Source of the DNA: Euglena gracilis
Lineage: Eukaryota
Length of the DNA: 64,000 nucleotides
Assembly: GCA_039621445.1 (NCBI GenBank)
Contig: CP154954.1
Location: 17,018,589 to 17,082,588 of the forward strand
Reading direction: 5' to 3'
The notes below the pieces were generated by a model. The model did no database searches, was not told the origin of the DNA, and saw only the letters and a list, made by a program, of their open reading frames with translations. Position numbers and translations under genes: made by a program. Positions 23,007 to 64,000 of this stretch are shown piece by piece. Within the stretch, counting starts at the first letter, position 1; the number at the start of each line of letters is the position of its first letter.

Positions 23007-25544
23007 CATATCTGGCTTTTTTTAAAAAAAACATTTTTTTTTGTTTTTGACCCTCACCCCCCCCCTCAAAGTGTCCCCCCTCAGAGTGGCCAAAATTTTT
23101 GGCAAATTTGGTTTCCCCCCCTCAAAGTGGCCACTTTCTTTTGGCGCCGAAGGTGCCGAAGCCCAAAAATTGACCCCCCCCCCCAAAGTGTCCCCTCCCC
23201 CAGAGTGGCCTTTTTGGGGTCCCGTGGTGTATGGAGGGTGGCCACTTTGAGGGGGGGGGGGTGAGGGTATTTAAAAAAAAACGGGCAAAAAAACGGCAAA
23301 ACAACAAAGGGGAAAATGATGGTCCAAATTTGCCTTTGATCGCAAGGGTGAACCAATCTTAGCTCAAATGGCTTGAAAACCAATACTTTTGGTTGTCATA
23401 CTTTTGTTTTTTGTTGTTGTTTTTTTAAAAACGTGTTTTTTTAAAACTTTGTTTTAAACGAAGGGGGCGGACGGACGGACGGACGGACGGCTGGTGAAAA
23501 TTGTGAAGGTCCGGACGGACGGCTGGCCTTGTGGGCTTGGTCCAGACGGCTGAAGAAAATTCAAAAGGTCCAGCTAGCCGGCCGGCCGGCTGGCCGGCTG
23601 GCCGGCTAGCCGGCTGGCCGGCTAGCCGGCCAGGTCTTTGGAAGCGCAGGCGTCTCAGTGCACGCGACTCTGGGCGGATATATACCAATTTTTGGGTCCC
23701 ATGGCTGGTGTGGATGCGCTCCAAGGTTGAGATTGCCAAGTTTTTGCTAACAGATTCAAAGCTGGAACGGATGCGGGCAATTGCCCGTGGTGCCCAGGAC
23801 AGCATTGGACTCCCTGCGGGCGCACTCACGGCAATGCTGGAGCGTGCACACCAGGAAAAACCGAAGGGCAGGGACTGGATGTCTCGTACCGTCCATTGGA
23901 GTCAGCGACACATTGCAGAATGTGGCCCCGTCACCACTGTGGAGCTGAATAAGCATCTGAATATCATTTGGAAGAGATGGGCAAGGGCAGAAGCCTCAGC
24001 GCAACAAAGAACGTCGAAGTTGGAGAAAGCTCGACAAGAGGGTGGGGTATGTCAAATCCGCATGTGCTTTTTTCCAATGTTGTCTGACAGGTTACAAATG
24101 ATCAACCTCCAGTTGTTGCAAATGTGCAGAACGATTCAGATGTTATGGTCATCCCAGATGAACCAGAGGAGGTATTACTTGTTTTAATCCTTTTCAGTGC
24201 CAATCACATGTTAATTCCACAGGATGATAGCCGACAGCAAGCTGTGGTGGACACAGAGGACAATGCTGTGGCATCACAGGAGGTCTGGTGCCGAGTTGCA
24301 ACAGTATCGACTGTCCTGCGCGTAACGTGGTCCCGCCAGGTGGAACCGTCTGTGACATTTTCTGTTCTTCCCTTCAGGATTATTGGTGCTTCGCCTCTGG
24401 GGGGCGTCACAACGTGCCTTCCAGGATTGGAATTCCCAGTTGGGCAGCGGAAATCGTTTACGAAAAATATTGCAAGCCCCGCAGTTGCAGCAGGCTGGAT
24501 CTTTTTCTCACTTTGGCGTGGATGAAGCTTTACCCCTCCAGCAAAAATTTGCAGTCTTTGTGGCCCCACAACATTCAGAAACCAGGCTCCTCCCAAAGTT
24601 TTTCTGATTCGATTGGGTACGGTTGTGAGTTTCGGGGGGGGTGCATTTCGTATTTTATGCACAATTTTTTCCCGTTATTCCAAAAAAACGCGTTTTCTCC
24701 GTTTGAGGGTCGGGCATTTTTTGTACAATTGTTCCATTTTTTTGGGGTTATTGTCTTCTGAATGTTTTTTTGGGGGGTTCCCCCCCACTTGGTTCGAAAA
24801 GCCTGTCCTTGAGCCCCCAAAAATTGGAAACTGTACCAAATTATCAGCAGAACTGTCCAGATGTTGGGCAGTTGCATGGTGGAGGTTGACCTGTGCCATC
24901 TCCGCCAACCTGGAAACAGTGTGCCTCACTTCCCCCATACCATTGGCAGCTGGTGTCAGGGCCTTTCTGAACGCTCTTCTGGGAAGCAAAGAAAGACCCT
25001 GAGTGGGACACGGTTCCAGTCCATACCTATTCCCATAGATTCACTACAGTGGGTGAATTTTTTTGGGGGGCTTATCCTGAATCTATGCCTGAGACAATGA
25101 GTACCGGCGGCAGCCGAAGTACAAGGGGAGTGTCGCCACCACGAGGAGAGGGACGCCGTCACTGCTTTTCAGGGAGAAGGATTTTTTTTTTTGTTTCCGG
25201 CCGGCTGGCCAGACAGACATTGGTCCGGCTGGACGGACGGCTGGCGAAAAAATCGAAGGTCCGGACGGACGGCTGGGCGTCCAGCATACGTCCGGCTGAA
25301 GACGTCCGGACGGCTCGGACGGACGGACGGCCAGCCGCCCCCGAAGTGCCAGCTGTGGTTGAAACATCCCAAATTTGGTGTCTTTCTCTGACCGAGGATG
25401 GGCAAAAAAAGCTAAAATTAAAGGCAAAAAAAATTTTCGCCCTGGACCCCTCAATGGCGTTTTTTTTGTTTTTTAAAAAAAACATTTTTTAAAAAAAAAA
25501 CGTGTTTTTTTTTTGACTTTGTTTTAAACGAAGTGGCAGCTATT
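23007..25544. mobile_element. Older composite copy of the CATAGCTGGC MITE family with nested insertions
   Basis: Ends CATATCTGGC / GGCAGCTATT; TSD CTCCAAGG/CCCCAAGG; internal blocks match 21047-21475; nested TIR element ~23051-23267 and GGAC-repeat segments. Confidence 0.7.
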
Positions 25545-27081
25545 CCCCAAGGCGCCTCGACTGCTTCCACGGGGGGCTCACATTTTCCTGACTGTACATT
25601 GAGCCACCATGCGCAGGTGCCTCCACAACGACCTCCCTACATTTAGGTGACCAGCCGGGACCCGTTGATAGCGATCGGTGCGCCACATTCCGATGTCCAG
25701 GCCACTCACCCCCACGGTATATCGAACGCTGCTTCAAGTGCACCACACTCCGAAGGTCGCCCGACCTGATGACCAACTAGCGAGTCCCACTGAACCAGGT
25801 TGATTACTGGTTGCTATCGGTTGCTGCCGTTCAAAAGGCTTCCCATCTTCCGCGAAGCACCCTGAGGACCCATGCGGTCCCGCCGCTCGTTAGGGACTGG
25901 GTATCGGCCAACCGCGGGAAGATTAGGATTCAACATTTCGCCTTGAAGCCCGCGTTTCCAAGCTTTTTCTTTTTTTCTTTCTTTTGAGATAATTTGGGCC
26001 AAGCTACCAATCGGGATGGTCCACATGAAATTTTGTGCCGTCTGCACGGTTCATGGCAACTCCACAATTCCTCGTCCGCCTGTACAATTGTCGCAAGCGC
26101 TGATTGCCATCCTTCCTCAGGATCGGACTGGAAGACATGCAACAAGTAGGGAAGGTTGTTTCAAAGACATGTCCAGTTTTGGCGAAACGATTTTTTAAAG
26201 TTCCTGCACTTGTACAACCAGAAGCAAAAGAGTTCGGCGTCTTTAAAGTGTACATCGATGGGCAGATGTTCGCATGGCTTGTCATGGATCGCCCAGGGTG
26301 TGTCTGCTGCTTCAATTGAAGTGAAAATTCATCTCAATTTGGGGGCAGTCCAACTTTGTCCTCTCTGTTTTTCTTGATTTCAAGAAAGAATTGCCGATTC
26401 TTTGGGAAGGAGGTTGGACAGTTTTTTTTCCCATTTCAAATCAAAGTCAAATTCTGACTTTTAATTTCAAGGCAAATGCAGGTGGCTTTTTTCCATTCCA
26501 AAAAAGCCCATTCAAAATTGAACACCCTGACCTTTGCATGAAAAAATATTTTTCATTGCAACTGATTGTTTGGGTTCGATTGATCCAAATCAATCGTTCG
26601 AGGTGGATTTGTGGCAACATTTTTGATCTTAAGTCAAAACACAAAAGGGTGAGTCTTGTTTTTGGGAGTGAGGAATAGAGTGTAAAAATTATTTTCAGAA
26701 TTGGCACGATTGTGCAAAGATCTTCCAAAAAGCTTTAGTGCAAAGCAGACCTCCTTGACAAAAAATGCATTTTTTTGCAAATTGCAAAAAAATGCCAATT
26801 ATGCAACTTGCATATCCCTGGTTTTAGCCCAAAAATGTCAACCCCGCAGCAGGGAGGGGGGGGTTCAAACAGTCGGGGCGACCACGCAAAGCGCTGGGGA
26901 CGAAAAATTGCTTCCCAAATTTGCCGAAAATGCCATTTTGGACACTTTCTGGACAAAACTGCAAAAATATTCAGTGCGAAGCGAAGCACCCCCCCCCCAG
27001 CTCTTTCTGTATGGTGCCAAATTCTTCTGTGGGCCATCTTTCAGCATCCCGGGACAATGGGAAGCAAGGAAAGGTATTTTC

Positions 27082-28035
27082 TTTGAAACCGTGTCTGGGG
27101 GCTCCGTTTTCATGCCCGAACCGGCGTCTGGGACGCCGGTTCGGGCGGGAAATTTCTGCGCCGAACCGGCGTCCCAGACGCCGGTTCGGGCGGGAAACCG
27201 GCGTCTGGGGGACCCAAAATAAAAAGTGCCAAAAAGTGTCCAAAAGGGTTTGTAGACAGGTGGCATTCATATTTTAGCAGTTTTTTGGTGGTCTTGGGCC
27301 AAAAATTGGGGGTTTTTGAGGAAAAGTTTCCTTTTGGCCATTTTTGGAGAATTTCTGAAATAGAATACCACGCAGCATGGCTGAAATCTAAGGCCATCTG
27401 CTGAAAGCCCTTGAGAAGAGCTTTCGATCGATGGGTAACATGGCAGCTGAAAAGTGGAATTTTAGATATGCAAATGGGGTCCGAAAAATGCGGAAAAATG
27501 CGATCGCTGATTTTGAGGTCGCTTTGCAATCTGGCTGAGTTCTGTGGGTACCAAGCGAAAGGTGTTGGCGAGACCTTTCGTTTGATATGCAATTTGCAAC
27601 CTGAACTGTGGGATTTGACAAATTAGGATGTCAAATTTTGGAATACACGATCGCTGAAAATAAGCGCTGCGTGCATTATGGCCGAATCCTGTGATTATCT
27701 GTCGAAAGCCCTTGAGGAGAGCTTTCGATTAATGGGTAACATGGCTTCATAAGTGTGGAATCTGCCATTTTTGACCGGCGGCCCATTTGGGCCAAAATCG
27801 CCCAAAACTACCCCAAACATGGGTATTTTGGGCGAAATTGGCCGTGATTCCCTAGCCGCCGGTTCGGGCATGAAAACGGAGCCCCCTAGCCACGGTTTCA
27901 AAAACTGTGTCCCAGACGCCGGTTCGGGCGGGAAACCTGTGCCTGGGACGCCGGTTCGGGCGGTAGCCCGAACCGGCGTCCCAGGCACAGGTTTCCCGCC
28001 CGAACCGGCGTCTGGGACACAGTTCTCGATATAGA
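27082..28035. mobile_element. Element with subterminal inverted repeats + ~120-bp terminal hairpin (Helentron-like?)
   Basis: IR 27082-27126 vs 27858-27902; palindrome 27903-28024; ends TATAGA. Confidence 0.6.
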
Positions 28036-28867
28036 AACTCACTTCACAATTGCGCAACTGATTGAAATTTACACTCCTTTGCGCAATTGCGCCAGCAACT
28101 TTTTTGTTTTTGTTTGTGCGATTGTGCAAGTTGCACAATTTTATTTGACCTCACTGGGACCATTTCCTGGCGTTATTTTTTGCTTATCAGAAATGATGGG
28201 CTTTTTTCCAACCTGGACCCCCCAAGGGTCCTGAACAAAAATTCAAGAATTCTTCTTTCCTCCAAAAAAGTTTATCTTTCACCTTTTTGTTTCCTGCTTC
28301 AGCAAGAGTGAGAATGCAATTGGACTGGATTTCCAAGACAGCATCATGAAGGTGTGCTTTATATGTGTGCATGCATGTATGCATGTATGTATGTATGTAT
28401 GTATGTATGTATGTATGCAGATATGCATGATTCATGTATGCATGTACGTATGTGTATGTGTGCATGTTTCATTTACTAAATTTCTGACTCTGCCATTTGG
28501 AGGGTGACGGATGATTTCCAAGGGATTAGATGCGCCAAATAACTTGGGGGAGGTCCAAGACTAAAAACCCCTGATCAGGGCAAGGGCAGAACCGGAAGGC
28601 CTGGTGGGGGTGGGTCGACCCACCACAGCATTTTCACCGATTTCGGGAAAACGGGCATTTTGGCCAGAAAAATTTTGAATTTTTTTTGAAAAATGAACTC
28701 AAAACATATGTTTTTTTTTTATGGAAAACCACATTTTTTTCACAAAAAAAATCTCAAAAAAATCAGGGTAAAAAATTGGTAGTTTTCAGGAGAGGGGGGG
28801 AAAAAATGAACGTCAAAAAAAGTGGACCAAATTTTGCCCCAGTCAAATTTTATTGACATTTTTCTCT

Positions 28868-30309
28868 TTAAAAACGTGTTCAGCCTGCCAAATGCCTGCC
28901 CTGAAATTCGTGGTCATGAACACGTTTTCAATGAGGGCATTTGTGGCAATGACACGTTTTCAGTGAAGGCATCTGTGTTCAGGCACGTTTTCAGTGAGGG
29001 CATCTGTGGCAACCCCCAGCAAGAAACGAATATCGCTATCAGGAAAAATCGACGTGCGGTTGAGAGGCCGGGTGGCCCTCAACGGGTGAGGCGGGTCGGG
29101 GGCACTCTACAACACGAAGAAGACGACAACAAGAAGGCTAGGTTGCCTTGGCACAACGACAGGGAAGGGGCGAAAATCACGGCACACGACAGGCTTTACA
29201 CAAAAAAGAGCCATACTTTGGTGGCCGCCGCAAATCTTGGCAATGAAAATGATATGCCAAACTGCAGGCGTCACACACAACTTTGTTCAGCTCCACACAA
29301 TTTGGATTTTTCGGAATGGCAACACCACAAAAACCACATTTCTCCTGTTTTATAGGCAGTCGACACAGCACGAGGCACAGGGGGTTGGTCAGGGGAGGGA
29401 ACAGAGCTGACCGCAGGAGCGGAACGTTTCTCGGCGGTGGGAAAGACAGAGGGAACACTGGTCAGGTCCTGATTTTTGAAATGAAAGAGGTTGCCTAACG
29501 ATTCCCTGAAACGAACAAAGTTCCCGACTGCTGCTCACGTTGAGCCACACATTGTTCGATGACGCTCGCCTCATCGAACAACAGGCTGGGTTCCAGCTCC
29601 CATCCCGTCCAGGCAACAAAGAAAGCATCCAGCTCAGGATAAGAGGCTTGCCGATGTTGACACAGTTTGGCGAACTCCAAATAGTTGGCAACAGCAGCAA
29701 GCTCTGCACCCACGGAGCCGGACTTTTTCTTTGTGTTGCCCTGTGCCAACAAGGTGCCACGAAGGGGGTCAACCTTCGGCATATTGGCATCTTGCTGGTA
29801 TACCGCGAGAGCAGCCAGGAACAGTTCCGTCCTAGGGGGTGGTGGCAAAAGACCATTCACAAAGTTTGCCGTGCGTTTGGCCATATTGGCAGGGCTGCGG
29901 GAAAAAAGAAAAAAAAGAAAAAAAGGGGGGGGGGCACGTTTTCAGTGAGGGCATTTGTGGCAATGACACGTTTTCAGTGAAGGCATCTGTGTTCAGGCAC
30001 GTTTTCAGTGAGGGCATTTGTGGCAATGACACGTTTTCAGTGAAGGCATCTGTGTTCAGGCACGTTTTCAATGAGGGCGCCGTTTTTTTGGGTCCGAATT
30101 TCACAAATTCGCGTTTTTGACCCCTTGCGTGAATCATGACCACGAATTTCAGGGCAGGCATTTGGCGGGCTCTGAACACGTTTTTAAACAAATTGTGGCT
30201 GAGCCCAGATTTCAGCCTGAAAACGTGTTCAGGGGGCCCCCTTCGGGGGCCCCCTGGCTGAACACGCGTTCAGGCTGAAATCTGGGCTCAGCCACAATTT
30301 GTTTATAGA
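28868..30309. mobile_element. Element with ~50-bp inverted repeats, internal tandem repeats, PHD cargo and terminal hairpin
   Basis: IR 28868-28920 vs 30135-30188; ~63-bp tandem units; hairpin 30185-30305; ends TATAGA. Confidence 0.65.
29177..29884 (-). pseudogene. Gene/transposase fragment ending in a PHD finger (29189-29338)
   Basis: CGFC-x17-CDAC-x4-H-x2-C-x13-CKAC (C4HC3); upstream in-frame ORF 29495-29884 separated by stops. Confidence 0.7.
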
Positions 30310-31183
30310 AAATTTTTGGACTTTTAATGGCATTTTTACTTCAAAAACCTCTCAAAATCAAAATTTTGAGAAAATGTTGAATTTTGGAAGGTGTGAAAAA
30401 ATGGGGTTTTGAGGGGCTTTTGGGGGGACCTCCCATATGGGTCCCAAAATCGGCCAAAAAAAACACCCGAAATTTTTTTCTTGGGTCCAAATTTTGGTGC
30501 TCCCGGAAATACGGGAAGAGGTGATGGGGGGTGGGTCGACCCCCCCCCCCACCCACCCACCATGCAGGGGGTGGGGGGGTCGACCTCCCCCACCCACCAC
30601 CCTGGCTGATTGGCCAATTCCCGTTCTGCCCTGCCCCTGATTGTGACAATATCCAGAGAGTTTGCTCTTCTCATGCTTAAGGCTAAACTTATTTGCGATT
30701 CCCCCAATTTTTCACGTTTCCTATTTGTGATTTTGTGCATTTTTTTTTGAATTTTTTCCCCTTTCATCCTGTCCAGGCTGTTTTTTTACCAACCCCGGGG
30801 GGTCCGGAGTGCCTATGAGTGCTTGCCCAGGCAGGCACTACTCCCCCCGGGGAGGGTCGGATTTCGGCCTGTGCCCAGGCACATTCCTTTGAAAATAGGG
30901 CATTTTTGGCTCCTCTGTGCCTTCAGCGGCGGGGTCTGTGCTAGGGCACTTTTAGCCATGTGCCCCCCCCCCCCCGGGGTCGGATCGAGAGCCTGCCCGG
31001 GCAGCCCCCCCCCCCCCCCGGGGTGGGGTCGGCACCCGACTAAAATACGGACTGACCCTGTCCGCTGCTCTTCGAATGGCTGGAAATGGATTGTTTTCTC
31101 TCAGGGGCAAATATGGGTCGAAAGGGGCTGCCCAGCTCACAATCCCTGGGCATAAATTCCCCCCCCAGGGAGGGTTTTTGGTA

Positions 31184-32017
31184 CTTGTCTGTTAGTCGAT
31201 CCACGGCAGTGCATCAAGTCTGTTAGTCGATCCACACCTATTTTTTGCCTACTTTGGGTCACTGATGGACAAGGAAAGCACAAAACAGGGTCAGAAGATA
31301 CGGCTGTTGTGTCGGCACAGGGTCTAGAGAGTTAGGGTTAGGGTCAGGGTTAGGGTTAGGGCTGGGGCTAAGTTTGGGCTTCGTGACCCTGACCCTAACC
31401 CTATCCTTAACCGTATTTTTGGCCTACTTTCGGTCACTGATGGACAGGGAAAGCACAAAAAAGGGTCAGAAGATACGGCTGGTGTTGGCACAGGGTCTAG
31501 AGAGTTAGGGTTAGGTTTAGGGTTAGGATTAGGGTTAGGGTTAGGGGTCAGTGTTAGGTTTAGGGTTAGGGCTAGGGCTAGGTTAGGGCTACGTGACCCT
31601 AACCCTAACCCTAATTCTAACCCTAACCCAAACCCTAACCCTACTTTTGGTCTACATTGGGTCACTGATGGACAGGGAAAGCACAAAAAAGGGTCAGAAG
31701 ATACGGCTGGTGTTGGCACAGTGTCTAGAGAGTAAGGGTTAGGGTCAGGGTTTAGGGTTAGGGTTAGGTTTTTGGGTTTGGTTCAGATTTACGGTTAGGG
31801 TTGCGTAGCCCTAACCTAACCCTAAACCCAAACTCAAACCCAGAACCCTAACCCTAAACCCTAACTCTCTAAACCCTGTGCCGACACCAGCCGTATCTTC
31901 TGACCCTGTTTTGTGCTTTCCCTGTCCATCAATGACCCAAAGTACATCAGTGACCCAAAGTAGGCCAAAAATAGGTGTGGATCGACCTGTTTTGCCGTGG
32001 ATCGACTAACAGACAAG
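31184..32017. mobile_element. TA-flanked MITE containing TTAGGG/CCCTAA telomere-like arrays
   Basis: TIR CTTGTCTGTTAGTCGATCCACGGCA / TGCCGTGGATCGACTAACAGACAAG; TA TSD; degenerate TTAGGG arrays in both orientations. Confidence 0.88.
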
Positions 32018-32200
32018 TACCGGGTTTTTTGGGCTCTTGACCAGGGGGGGGGGAATTTTCGGCCGTTTCAGGCACTTTGTCCCGTCCCTTCTATTCTTTG
32101 ACGCCATGAAGCCCACCGGGATTCAGAATTCATTTGCCGTATGTTGTGGGGTTGTTATGGTATATTCCCGAACACCTCTGTTCGTCTTATTGATAGATGC

Positions 32201-64000
<31,800 letters not shown>

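Noticed and set aside
22780-26320. Protein-coding genes in the GC-rich pieces (22780-23006, 23531-24187, 25553-26320)
   Set aside because: No recognisable motifs and multiple stops; probably decayed TE fragments, so not called.
31330-31870. True chromosome end or telomere fusion
   Set aside because: The arrays are short, degenerate and enclosed by perfect TIRs with a TA TSD.

Overview
Eukaryotic genomic DNA, transposon-saturated and rich in poly-G/poly-C. It is probably from a euglenid; this is inferred from non-GT-AG introns alongside normal GT-AG introns, TTAGGG repeats and a CRE-like LINE. 1-4.75 kb: a degenerate, 3'-truncated non-LTR retrotransposon with a CRE-like RT. Its polyprotein carries a Dam-like N6-adenine DNA methyltransferase between two 2A-like 'VEENPGP' peptides, the second 16/18 identical to T2A. 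5.5-22.65 kb: a Ty3/Gypsy chromovirus-type LTR retrotransposon (tRNA-iMet PBS, gag, PR, RT, RNase H, integrase + chromodomain) carrying a C5-cytosine DNA methyltransferase between gag and protease. It is disabled by stops, frameshifts and nested MITEs. 22.7-32 kb: nested non-autonomous DNA elements, one carrying a PHD-finger fragment and one with TTAGGG arrays. ~32 kb to beyond the right edge: a + strand, intron-rich gene for the fatty-acid beta-oxidation trifunctional enzyme alpha subunit (enoyl-CoA hydratase/3-hydroxyacyl-CoA dehydrogenase). Its exons were rebuilt by hand. Most introns are GT-AG and packed with CAGG-TIR/8-bp-TSD MITEs, but two are nonconventional. One of these is itself such a MITE, and its TIR plus 8-bp TSD reproduces the euglenid nonconventional-intron geometry. 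All coordinates were counted by eye, and some frameshifts may be homopolymer sequencing errors.
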